In this document: positions 7,624 to 15,998 of the stretch, in pieces
Layout: the number at the start of each line of letters is the position of its first letter
How positions within the stretch are numbered: position 1 is the first letter of the stretch
NCBI RefSeq assembly: GCF_001945605.1
Contig: NZ_MPKA01000067.1
Coordinates: forward strand, 60,001-92,000
Direction of reading: 5' to 3'
Origin: Dubosiella newyorkensis
GTDB lineage: Bacteria; Bacillota_I; Bacilli_A; Erysipelotrichales; Erysipelotrichaceae
DNA length: 32,000 nt
Translations under genes and position numbers: made by a program
Notes under the pieces: generated by a model
Database searches by the model: none
What the model saw: only the letters and a program-made list of their open reading frames with translations
Told to the model about the DNA's origin: nothing

Positions 7624-8688
7624 ATGGAACAAAATACGCAAACAAAATTTATTACAATTGGAGAGATCTTATTAAGATTGAGTCCTCCTAATTATGGAAA
7701 GATCATCGTAAGCAATATGTTCGAGGCCAATTATGGAGGGAGCGAAGCCAATATCGCGCTTGCTTTATCGAACCTTGGTGTGGACAGCACCTTCTTTTCG
7801 ATCGTTCCCGACAACCCGCTAGGCAAGGCGGCCATCCGCATGCTTCGAAGCAACGATGTCCATTGCACTCCGGTCATCCTTTCTACAGAAGAAGAGACCC
7901 CTAGCCATCGACTAGGCACCTACTATTTAGAAACAGGATATGGGATCCGTCCAAGCAAGGTCACGTACGATCGCAAACATAGCGCGATCAGCGAATTCGA
8001 CTTTTCTAAGATCGATCTCGACGCGCTTCTCGATGGTTTTGACTGGCTCCATTTGAGCGGCATCACGCCTGCCCTCTCGAACAACTGCGCTCAATTTATT
8101 TTGGATTGCCTAAAAAAAGCGAAAGAGAAAGGCATTATCGTCAGCTTTGATGGCAACTTCCGCGCCACGTTGTGGACCTGGGAAGAAGCGCGCGATTTTT
8201 GTACGCGATGCCTTCCGTATGTCGATGTTCTCTTAGGCATCGAACCGTATCATTTATGGAAAGAAGAAGGAGATCCTTCCAAAGGCGATTGGAAAGACGA
8301 TATTCCTTATCAGCCTTCGTTAGAAGAACAAGAAGCGATCTTCCAACGTTTCATAGAACGCTATCCAAATCTGAAATGCATCGCCCGCCATGTTCGGACC
8401 GCCCATACGGTCAGCGAAAACAGCTTGAAGGCGTATATGTGGCAAGAAGGAAAAACGTTCGAAAGCAAATCGTTCCGTTTCCATATTTTAGATCGAGTCG
8501 GAGGTGGGGACGCGTTCGCGAGCGGATTAATCTACGCGATGATCCACCAGTTCCCGCTTCAAGAACAAATCGATTTTGCGGTAGCAAGCAGCGTGCTCAA
8601 ACATACGATCCATGGCGATGGAAATTTGATCGACGACGAGCAGCTCATCAAAAACCTCATCGAAATGAATTACGATATCAAACGTTAG
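7624..8688 (+). CDS. kdgK: PfkB-family sugar kinase, 2-dehydro-3-deoxygluconokinase-like
   Basis: 354 aa. N-terminus ITIGEILLRLSPPNYGKI...NYGGSEANIALALSNLG and C-terminal GGGDAFASGLIYA match the KdgK pattern. There is no obvious SD before the ATG. Confidence 0.7.
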   Translation: MEQNTQTKFITIGEILLRLSPPNYGKIIVSNMFEANYGGSEANIALALSNLGVDSTFFSIVPDNPLGKAAIRMLRSNDVHCTPVILSTEEETPSHRLGTYYLETGYGIRPSKVTYDRKHSAISEFDFSKIDLDALLDGFDWLHLSGITPALSNNCAQFILDCLKKAKEKGIIVSFDGNFRATLWTWEEARDFCTRCLPYVDVLLGIEPYHLWKEEGDPSKGDWKDDIPYQPSLEEQEAIFQRFIERYPNLKCIARHVRTAHTVSENSLKAYMWQEGKTFESKSFRFHILDRVGGGDAFASGLIYAMIHQFPLQEQIDFAVASSVLKHTIHGDGNLIDDEQLIKNLIEMNYDIKR

Positions 8689-8720
8689 AAGACAGGCTTG
8701 TTCAACCTGTCTTCTTTTCA
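8687..8720 (+). terminator. Terminator between convergent kdgK and ogt
   Basis: AGAAGACAGG / CCTGTCTTCT 10-bp stem with a 9-nt loop, followed by TTTT on the plus strand. The ogt stop codon lies in the loop. Confidence 0.7.
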
Positions 8721-9178
8721 TGTTCTAAAAGACGCTTTTTATTTTGGATCCCGCCAGCATATCCGGAAAGCGAGCCATCCGACTTAACAACACGATGGCA
8801 CGGGATGACGATCATAAAAGGATTTTTAGAGATCGCTTGCCCTACCGCTTGCGATGAAGAAGGCGCTCGATTCATTTTGAGCGCGATCTTTTTATAGCTT
8901 GTCACCGTATTATAAGGAATCATTAACAGCTCTTTCCACACTTCCTGCTGAAAAGGCGTTCCATATTTCCAAGAAAGACGAGGCGTGAAATTAGGCTTAT
9001 GTCCGGCAAAATAGAGATCGAGCCATCGAATGATCCCGCCAAAACAAGTCCGATCTTCCTCTTCAATAAAATCAGACGTCTCGATAAAACGGATACGGAT
9101 CAAGGCGCCATTTTCGCTTTCCAGCAAGAGATCGGAAAATGGATCTGGAGTCTTGTAGATGTGTATTTTTTTCACCAT
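8702..9178 (-). CDS. ogt: Methylated-DNA--protein-cysteine methyltransferase
   Basis: Active-site motif IPCHRVV. I chose the internal start MVKKIHIYK (ATG 9178) rather than the ORF-track start at 9244, which lies inside the upstream glycyl radical enzyme gene. Confidence 0.85.
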   Translation of the reverse strand: MVKKIHIYKTPDPFSDLLLESENGALIRIRFIETSDFIEEEDRTCFGGIIRWLDLYFAGHKPNFTPRLSWKYGTPFQQEVWKELLMIPYNTVTSYKKIALKMNRAPSSSQAVGQAISKNPFMIVIPCHRVVKSDGSLSGYAGGIQNKKRLLEHEKKTG

Positions 9179-11577
9179 TGATTTTCCGTACGAGCAATGA
9201 TCGCATCTTGGGCTTCGGGCATGAGCGATACGAACTGAGCGCAATATCCAGCGACCCGAACGATCAGATCTTGATGCTGTTGAGGATATTTTTGCGCTTC
9301 TTTGAGCAGCTGTGAAGAATGGATATTGAATTGGTTATGATAGATCCCCTTCTGTTGGCTGACACGCAAAAACGCAAGAAAGCGTTCAAGATTCTCTTCG
9401 CCCTCTAGCGATTCAAAGGCAAAGCGCATATTCAAGAGCTGGCCAGCCGCCACTTTCGAATTTGGAAGCCTAGAAACCGAATTGATCACAGCACCCGGTC
9501 CATTTCGATCCGTTCCTTGCACAGGAGAACAGCCTTCATTGAGCGGGGCTCTTGCTTCTCGTCCATCGGGTGTGGCGCCCACATCAAGTCCATTCGGGAC
9601 ATACGAGGTGATGTTGCTTGTAGACATCGTATACGCGCTGATCTTCGGCCCTTTTCCTGTTCTTAGGCTCGTATAGTGCGGCAAAAGCTTTAAATACGAT
9701 TCGAATACATCGCTAACGATCTGATCGACATACACTTCGTCGTTGCCAAATTTTGGAGCCGCCAACAAAAGTTTCTGGATCCGTTTCGAGGAAGCGGATT
9801 TCCAATTGTCCTCCATCGCCTGGATCATCTCGTTCCAAGAAACGACCTTTTCTTCAAAGACTTTTTGTTTGATGGCGGCCAACGAGTTGCCCACCACGCA
9901 CGGTCCAATGTTGGATTGGGAAATGATATCGTACTTGCATCCTCCTTCTTTGAGCGTTTTTTGCAGTTCGAAGGAGTTGGCGATCAAACAAGAGGCGAGC
10001 AGATCGGCATCGTAGATTTCCAAAGAGGCGTCGCAGATCTTATCGCACTCTACCGCAAGATCTGAATAAAACCGGAGCGCCATTTCCCACGCTTCCCACA
10101 CTTGTTCATACGTTTCATAGTTTTCTTTCAAAGACAAAAGCTGAATGCCTGTTTGTGGATCTTTGCCATGGTAGAGCACGATTTCGAGCACCTTTCCCCA
10201 GTTCACATACGTCATTCCGGTAGCCCGGTGTCCATATTTTCCAGGCACCCCTGTTTCTACACAACCGATCGGACAATAATCATAGGCGTCTTCTCGATCT
10301 ACGCCAAGATCAAGCAAGCCTTTGATCGCGACTTCGTCATTGAACAAGGATGGCATTCCACAGCCTGTGCGGATCAAAAGAGCGGCGCGCTCTAAAAGAG
10401 GCTTGGGAGTACGGGCGTGATAGCGCATCGAAAAGTTAGGCTCGGCCAAACGAGTCTGATGCATCGCTTCCATGCATAAGTACGAAAGGAGATTGGTGCC
10501 GTCGCTTCCATCTTTTTTAAGACCGCCGACCACGAGGTTGGAATAGAGCGGATAGCCTTGTGAAAAGCGCGTATGGCCATACGGGCGTACTTTGTTATTG
10601 ATGGAGCACAACAAGAAAAAGTGAGTGATGAGTTCGAGCGCCTTATCTTGATTAAGTGTTCCTCGTTTTAGATCCTCCGTATAATACGGTTCCATATATT
10701 GGTCGAATCTTCCAAAACAAAACGAATGTCCATTAGATTCGATCATTTGCAAGACATGAAGCATATACACGCTTTCGATCGCTTCGTAAAACGATCTCGC
10801 CTTGCCTCGAAGCATCGTACGAGCGATATGAGCCATGTGTTCCAGTTCTTTTTTACGGATTGGATCCGCTTCTAGGTTTGCCATATCTTCAAGAAGGCAT
10901 GCGTACCGTTCACAAAAGGCGAGGCTGGCTGTTAAGACGATCTCGACGGCTTGATCATACGGATCCTTCTGGATTTTTTGACGTTTTTTCGCTCTCTCGA
11001 TCAGTCCCAAAAGCCCTTTTTCTAACAACATTTCATGATCGATCACGATATGTCCATCGCCGGACATAGAAATCCCCCCTAAATGAAGGGTGCCTTGTTT
11101 AGCGGCCTGCCGGATCGTGTCGCTTAGATGGGCTTGAACTTGATCTTGATGGGTCTTTCCTTTCCAATAAGGTTCGATGGCGTAGAGCGCTTTTTTTGTC
11201 GCTTCATCGCATTCAAATCGGTCGCCAGTCCTTTGTTCGAATGGAGTGGCTCCGTTTCTTCCATCGAGCTCGTCAATGACCCATTCGATCGAGTATTCTG
11301 GAAAGATCGGCGCCGCAAAGCTCTTAGAGGCTTGGTTGCCAAAAAACAAGCTGTCTGGCTCGATGTAAAGATCCATATGTTCTAGGGTGTAGGCGAATGC
11401 TTTGGCTTTCCTTACGATGTACGGTTCGCCCTCGCTTTCTTGAAAGCTTTGCGTATAGAAGACGGCTCGCTGAGAACAAAGACTCGCCTGTCGTTTGGTG
11501 AGTCTTTGTCGGATCGTATCGATCCTTTCCCAGTTGATCGTAGAATCTACGGCCGTGTAGTTTAAAAAGCGAGTCAT
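9172..11577 (-). CDS. Glycyl radical enzyme, PFL2/eliminase (dehydratase-like) clade, substrate unknown
   Basis: C-terminal glycyl radical loop DLIVRVAGYCAQF. Thiyl loop IGCVETG has a single Cys with Glu at +2, not the CC motif of pyruvate formate-lyase. I chose start MTRFLNYT (ATG 11577), one base after the aldolase stop; the ORF-track start at 11616 would overlap that gene. Confidence 0.85.
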   Translation of the reverse strand: MTRFLNYTAVDSTINWERIDTIRQRLTKRQASLCSQRAVFYTQSFQESEGEPYIVRKAKAFAYTLEHMDLYIEPDSLFFGNQASKSFAAPIFPEYSIEWVIDELDGRNGATPFEQRTGDRFECDEATKKALYAIEPYWKGKTHQDQVQAHLSDTIRQAAKQGTLHLGGISMSGDGHIVIDHEMLLEKGLLGLIERAKKRQKIQKDPYDQAVEIVLTASLAFCERYACLLEDMANLEADPIRKKELEHMAHIARTMLRGKARSFYEAIESVYMLHVLQMIESNGHSFCFGRFDQYMEPYYTEDLKRGTLNQDKALELITHFFLLCSINNKVRPYGHTRFSQGYPLYSNLVVGGLKKDGSDGTNLLSYLCMEAMHQTRLAEPNFSMRYHARTPKPLLERAALLIRTGCGMPSLFNDEVAIKGLLDLGVDREDAYDYCPIGCVETGVPGKYGHRATGMTYVNWGKVLEIVLYHGKDPQTGIQLLSLKENYETYEQVWEAWEMALRFYSDLAVECDKICDASLEIYDADLLASCLIANSFELQKTLKEGGCKYDIISQSNIGPCVVGNSLAAIKQKVFEEKVVSWNEMIQAMEDNWKSASSKRIQKLLLAAPKFGNDEVYVDQIVSDVFESYLKLLPHYTSLRTGKGPKISAYTMSTSNITSYVPNGLDVGATPDGREARAPLNEGCSPVQGTDRNGPGAVINSVSRLPNSKVAAGQLLNMRFAFESLEGEENLERFLAFLRVSQQKGIYHNQFNIHSSQLLKEAQKYPQQHQDLIVRVAGYCAQFVSLMPEAQDAIIARTENQW

Positions 11578-11578
11578 T

Positions 11579-12286
11579 TTAAAGTCCAAGAACGACTGGC
11601 ACTGAGCGATATCCAACGCCCATGCGATCGATGCCCATATCGATCAATTTGAAGAAGTGTTCTTGGGTGCGGATACATCCGGAACCTTTGATCTTGATCT
11701 CATCGCCTGCTTCATCCATCATGATCTGGATGACTTCTGGAGTTGCCCCATGTGCTTCATGGCCAGTTAAAAAGCCTGTGCTCGTTTTGACGAAATCGAC
11801 GCCGGCTTCTTTGCATATAGAAACCATCTTGCGGATCTGTTCTTCGTTGAGCGCGTCGGTTTCAAAGATCACTTTGATTTCACGTCCATATTTATGAGCG
11901 GCTTGAGCGCATTCTTTCAGATCCGCTAGCACTTCATCATAAAGGCCAGAGCGGATCTTGCCAAAGTTGGCAACGATATCGACTTCTTTGACCGTATCGT
12001 ATTTAGCGACTTCTTCGATTTGTTCGACGCGGCTTTTGGTCGAGCTTGCGCCAAATGGAAAATCGGTGACAGGACAAAGCATCGTCTTGCTTCCTTTTAC
12101 ATAAGGTTCTAAGAGTTCCATATAGGCTGGGTTGATGCAGATCGTCGCGCAGCCAAGCTTGACGCCATCTTTTGTCAAGTCGATGATCTCTTCTTCGGTA
12201 AATTCAGGTTTCAAGACAGAATAGTCAATATAAGAGGCGAGTTCCTCTGTGCTCATTTCACATGCTTTTTTGTTTGGGTGTTTCAT
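11579..12286 (-). CDS. deoC: Deoxyribose-phosphate aldolase (DERA/DeoC) family class I aldolase
   Basis: Start MKHPNKK at 12286 follows the strong SD TAGGAGGAAAG. Recognisable DERA blocks: IDYSVLKP, ICINP, EVDIV, KVIFET, the Schiff-base Lys block DFVKTSTGF, and IKGSGCIRT. Confidence 0.8.
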   Translation of the reverse strand: MKHPNKKACEMSTEELASYIDYSVLKPEFTEEEIIDLTKDGVKLGCATICINPAYMELLEPYVKGSKTMLCPVTDFPFGASSTKSRVEQIEEVAKYDTVKEVDIVANFGKIRSGLYDEVLADLKECAQAAHKYGREIKVIFETDALNEEQIRKMVSICKEAGVDFVKTSTGFLTGHEAHGATPEVIQIMMDEAGDEIKIKGSGCIRTQEHFFKLIDMGIDRMGVGYRSVPVVLGL

Positions 12287-12305
12287 AATCTTTCCTCCTA
12301 TTCTC

Positions 12306-12335
12306 ATCATACGCTCATGATCGAGGAGAAAACAA
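12306..12335 (-). promoter_or_regulatory. Candidate promoter of the deoC-GRE-ogt unit
   Basis: Minus strand TTGTTT-18 nt-TATGAT, between the upstream terminator and the AGGAGG SD of the deoC-like gene. Confidence 0.45.
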
Positions 12336-12361
12336 TAAAAAAAGAGCAATATATGCTCTTT
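12335..12361 (-). terminator. Terminator after the flavodiiron gene
   Basis: AAAGAGCA-TATAT-TGCTCTTT hairpin followed by a T-run on the minus strand. It separates the flavodiiron gene from the deoC-GRE unit. Confidence 0.8.
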
Positions 12362-12366
12362 TCTGC

Positions 12367-13554
12367 TCATTTCAGCAAAGATCCTACAAACGCAGGGACC
12401 TGTGCTAGATCGTCTTCTTGCATCGTCCAATTAACTTTGACTTCTTCATCGATCACATGAAAGCCAGCCTCGGTCAAGTATTTTTTTAAATGGGGCACGC
12501 TCTCTCCGCTCCATCCCCACGTTCCAAATGCGCCTGCTTTCTTGCCTTTGAACTTGAGCTGTTTTAAGAAAGCAAGCCATCCAGCTACGCTGGATAGAAT
12601 ATCGTTGCCTACGGTCGGCGATCCTAGCGCGATCGCTTTCGATTTTAAGATTTCTGTCATGATATCGTTTTTATCGGTCTTCGCGATATTGAATACTTTT
12701 ACGATTGTATTTGGCGATTGATGGGCAATTTCTTCTGCAATTTTATGCGCGATCTTTTCGGTGCCGTTCCACATCGTGTCGTAGACGATCGTCACTTGAT
12801 CTTCTTGATAGGCATTAGCCCATTCTGCGTATTTTTCAATGATTTGGGATGGCTCTTTACGCCAGATCGCGCCATGGCTTGGACAAATCATATCGATCGG
12901 CAAATGGAACGATTCAATTTCTTTCAGTTTGCGGATAAGCATTGGCGCGTATGGGTTTAAAATATTCGCATAATATTTCATCGCTTCTTTCATCATCACG
13001 CATCGATCGGCTTTGTCGTTAAAGAGTTCTTCGATCGCATAATGTTGTCCAAACGCGTCGTTTGAAAACAAGATATTGTCTTCTGTTAAGTAGGTCGCCA
13101 TAGAATCTGGCCAATGAAGCATCGGCATTTCAATAAAGATCAATTTTTTCCCATTGCCGATCTCCAGCGTATCTCCTGTTTTCACTACATGAAAATTCCA
13201 TCCTTTTTTGCCGTATTGTCCTTCAAGACTCTTGACAGCGTTCTTCGTACAATAAATCGGCGTGTCAGGGATTTTTTCCATCAGATCGCTCAGCGCGCCT
13301 GAATGATCGCATTCTCCATGGTTGGCGATGATATAATCGATAGAATGCAGATCGATTTCTTGTTCTAAGTTTTCAATAAAATCAAAGCGATGCGGGATCC
13401 ATACCGTATCGATCAATACTGTTTTTTCTTCTTGGATCAAATAGGCGTTTTGACTGGATCCATGCTCCACAGAATAATCGTCGCCATGAAAATGCTTTAG
13501 CTCCCAGTCAATATAGCCGATCCAGTAAACATTGTTTTTTACTTGTCGCTTCAT
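12367..13554 (-). CDS. Flavodiiron protein (FprA-type O2/NO reductase; metallo-beta-lactamase fold plus flavodoxin domain)
   Basis: 395 aa. Di-iron ligand motif ANHGECDHSG, and a C-terminal flavodoxin-like segment (IALGSPTVGND...). SD GAAAGGA. Confidence 0.85.
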   Translation of the reverse strand: MKRQVKNNVYWIGYIDWELKHFHGDDYSVEHGSSQNAYLIQEEKTVLIDTVWIPHRFDFIENLEQEIDLHSIDYIIANHGECDHSGALSDLMEKIPDTPIYCTKNAVKSLEGQYGKKGWNFHVVKTGDTLEIGNGKKLIFIEMPMLHWPDSMATYLTEDNILFSNDAFGQHYAIEELFNDKADRCVMMKEAMKYYANILNPYAPMLIRKLKEIESFHLPIDMICPSHGAIWRKEPSQIIEKYAEWANAYQEDQVTIVYDTMWNGTEKIAHKIAEEIAHQSPNTIVKVFNIAKTDKNDIMTEILKSKAIALGSPTVGNDILSSVAGWLAFLKQLKFKGKKAGAFGTWGWSGESVPHLKKYLTEAGFHVIDEEVKVNWTMQEDDLAQVPAFVGSLLK

Positions 13555-13624
13555 AGGTCTATCCTTTCTATTGTCATTCTTGGTATTAACATGGATCTCG
13601 CTTTTATTCTATTGGAATGATCTA

Positions 13625-13653
13625 CAAAAAAAGCTCCGCCTTAGGAAGAGCTT
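13625..13653 (-). terminator. Terminator after the marR-MATE operon
   Basis: AAGCTC...GAGCTT hairpin followed by T7 on the minus strand. Confidence 0.6.
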
Positions 13654-13659
13654 CTATTA

Positions 13660-14985
13660 TTAATATCCATATTTCTTTTTTTCTTCTTTCAAGAAGAAAG
13701 CCGAAACAAACAAGGCGCCCACTTCAGCCACTGAGATTGCCGCCCAAATGCCATCCAATCCAAAAAGAAGCGGCATGACGATGATCGAAACGACCTGGAA
13801 GACAAACGTTCTCACAAACGAAAGAAGGCCCGAAATAAAGCCATTATTGAGTGCTGTGAAAAAAGAGCTCGCGAAAATATTGAAGCCCGCCACTAAGAAT
13901 GATAACGAATAGATCCTGATCGCGTGACTTGTCAAAGTCATCAGCTCAATCGAATACGAAACGAAGATCGAAGCGAGCAAATTCGCCATCATCTCGGCCA
14001 AGATCGTCAGCACGACAGCTGCGATCGCGATCAAGATCAGCGACTTTTTCAATAAATTTTTCAATTCTTTATGGTTGTTGGCGCCATATTGATAGCCTAG
14101 TACAGGCGTGATCCCGAAGGCGTAGCCAAGATAGGCTCCGACAAACACGAAGGCGATATATTGAATGATCCCATAGGCGACCACGCCATCCGAGCCGATC
14201 ATCTTCATCAGCTCTAAGTTATAGAGCACATTGATCACGCTCATGCTCAAATTCGAAATCATTTCCGAAGAACCATTGAAACAAGCTTGGCCAAGCGCTC
14301 TAAGATCTAAGCGCGTCTTTCCTAAGGCGAGTGGCGTTGGATTTGGAAACAAAAAATAGAAGAACGGGATGATCCCACCAACGAGCCAGCTCAATCCGGT
14401 CGCAAGCGCCGCTCCGAGTATTCCCCATCGAAATACCGAAATGAACAAATAATCTAAAACGATGTTCGTAAAACCGGCCGCCAGTGTCAGCGCCAAAGAA
14501 AGTTTTGGCCTCTCTGCGGTCACTAGAAACGACTGTGATGCATTTTGAAGAAAATAGCCGACCATAAAGATCGAAAGTGTCCGTCCATAGATCACGCAGT
14601 ATGGGACGAGTTCTTCGCTCGCTCCTAAAAGGCGCGCAAAATCTTCCATAAAAAAGATGCCGATCACGGACAAGAGCGCTCCGATTCCCATCAGCACGTA
14701 GATCAGCATTGAAAAGATTTCGTTCGCTTTGGTGTGTTCCCCTTCGCCAAGCGTCTTGGCGATCAGCGCGCTTCCGCCCATTCCGATCATAAAGCCGACC
14801 GCCCCCATGATCGCGATGATCGGCCAAATCAAATTCAAGGCTGCGAACGCGTCATTTCCCGCGACATTGGAAACAAAGATCCCGTCCACGATCGTGTATA
14901 AAGAGGTGAAGATTACCATCACGATCGAAGGGATCGTAAACGAAAGTAATTTTTTATAAGTAAAATGATCACTCAATTGTATCAA
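13660..14985 (-). CDS. MATE-family efflux transporter
   Basis: 441 aa with about 12 predicted TM segments. The N-terminus (LLSFTIPSIVMVIFTSLYTIVDGIFVSNVAGNDAFAA) is typical of the MATE/NorM family. The start overlaps the marR stop. Confidence 0.8.
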   Translation of the reverse strand: MIQLSDHFTYKKLLSFTIPSIVMVIFTSLYTIVDGIFVSNVAGNDAFAALNLIWPIIAIMGAVGFMIGMGGSALIAKTLGEGEHTKANEIFSMLIYVLMGIGALLSVIGIFFMEDFARLLGASEELVPYCVIYGRTLSIFMVGYFLQNASQSFLVTAERPKLSLALTLAAGFTNIVLDYLFISVFRWGILGAALATGLSWLVGGIIPFFYFLFPNPTPLALGKTRLDLRALGQACFNGSSEMISNLSMSVINVLYNLELMKMIGSDGVVAYGIIQYIAFVFVGAYLGYAFGITPVLGYQYGANNHKELKNLLKKSLILIAIAAVVLTILAEMMANLLASIFVSYSIELMTLTSHAIRIYSLSFLVAGFNIFASSFFTALNNGFISGLLSFVRTFVFQVVSIIVMPLLFGLDGIWAAISVAEVGALFVSAFFLKEEKKKYGY

Positions 14986-15413
14986 ATGAGCACCTCCTCT
15001 AAATGTTCTTTATACAAATCTGTATATCGTTTTGACAACGACAAAAACAAGGCTGCTTCTTCTCCCATTTTTTCGAGCACCTTCTTTTCGAGCTCGACAA
15101 AAGGCAAAATATGCTCATGATAGTATTGGCTTCCTTTCTCGTTCATCGAAATACCGCCTTTTCCTTTTTTGAGTTCGATCAATCCTCTTTTTTCTAGCGA
15201 TTTAATGGCTGAATTGATCGTCTGCTTGCTCAAAAAACAAGCGTCCGCCAGCTCCTTTTGGGCAAGGCTCCCTTCTGCTTTGCCGATCGCCGCCAAGATC
15301 CCATAAGCGCTGTCTGAAAGACCGAGCGACTTCGCTTCTTTATGGACAAAATAATCCATCTCTTTAAAAAAGGCCGTCTGCGTTTGGAGACGGACCGTTG
15401 TATCCTTTTTCAT
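14982..15413 (-). CDS. MarR-family transcriptional regulator
   Basis: 143 aa. The winged-HTH core (LAQKELADACFLSKQTINSAIKSLEKRGLIE) and the 4-nt overlap with the downstream MATE gene are typical of regulator-pump pairs. Confidence 0.8.
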   Translation of the reverse strand: MKKDTTVRLQTQTAFFKEMDYFVHKEAKSLGLSDSAYGILAAIGKAEGSLAQKELADACFLSKQTINSAIKSLEKRGLIELKKGKGGISMNEKGSQYYHEHILPFVELEKKVLEKMGEEAALFLSLSKRYTDLYKEHLEEVLI

Positions 15414-15430
15414 AAAAAATCTCCCCTTAA

Positions 15431-15477
15431 TCCGAAATCGGACTTGTCTATCTTAGCATAGGAAAAGGAGAAGTCAA
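15431..15477 (-). promoter_or_regulatory. marR-MATE promoter with candidate MarR operator
   Basis: Minus strand TTGACT-16 nt-TAAGAT (15450-15477). This is followed by the inverted repeat TCCGA-TT-TCGGA (15431-15442), between the -10 and the SD. Confidence 0.6.
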
Positions 15478-15484
15478 GAAAGTT

Positions 15485-15985
15485 CTAATACGTATTGTAG
15501 TGGACTTTTTTAGGATCCCATTTATCTTTTGGCTTTAGTTCATGAAGCGGATGACCAAAAGAGAGCACCCAATAAGGAACGATGTTTTCTGGCAGCTTGA
15601 AGAATGTTTTCAAGAACTCGACCCGCTCTTGTTCTGGATAGCCACCAAGCCAAACGTCGCCTAATCCTAAAGAGCGCGCCTCTACAAGCATGTTCTCGCT
15701 CATCGCAGAAAGGTCCATCACATCATAGGCGTCCCCGAATTGATGGTCGCGGTTCGCCAACAAGACAACGCCAAGCTTCGCTTCTTTTAAACACATGGCG
15801 TATGGCGAAAAATGCGAAAGTTCTTCCAGCTCTTTTGGATCCGTGACAACGATCACTTCCCAAGGTTGCGCGTTGACGGCGCTAGGCGCGCAAAAGCCCG
15901 CCTTTACGATCTGTTCGATCTGCTCTTTGGATAGAGTCTCGTCTGTATATTGGCGAACGCTTGTCCTTTCAAAAATCGCATTCAT
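15485..15985 (-). CDS. Nitroreductase-family oxidoreductase
   Basis: 166 aa. N-terminal RTSVRQY...APSAVNAQPW signature of the nitroreductase fold. SD AAAGGAGGAAA, 13 bp after the ALDH stop. Confidence 0.8.
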   Translation of the reverse strand: MNAIFERTSVRQYTDETLSKEQIEQIVKAGFCAPSAVNAQPWEVIVVTDPKELEELSHFSPYAMCLKEAKLGVVLLANRDHQFGDAYDVMDLSAMSENMLVEARSLGLGDVWLGGYPEQERVEFLKTFFKLPENIVPYWVLSFGHPLHELKPKDKWDPKKVHYNTY

Positions 15986-15998
15986 TGTATTTCCTCCT

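Noticed and set aside
9179-9244. Longer N-terminal extensions offered by the ORF track: ogt to 9244, GRE to 11616, deoC-like to 12430, trxA to 19690, PNPOx-like to 21649, AI-2E to 22754, HAD to 31912
   Set aside because: The extensions overlap upstream genes or terminators, lack SD sequences and add non-homologous residues. Internal starts with good SD spacing give family-typical N-termini.
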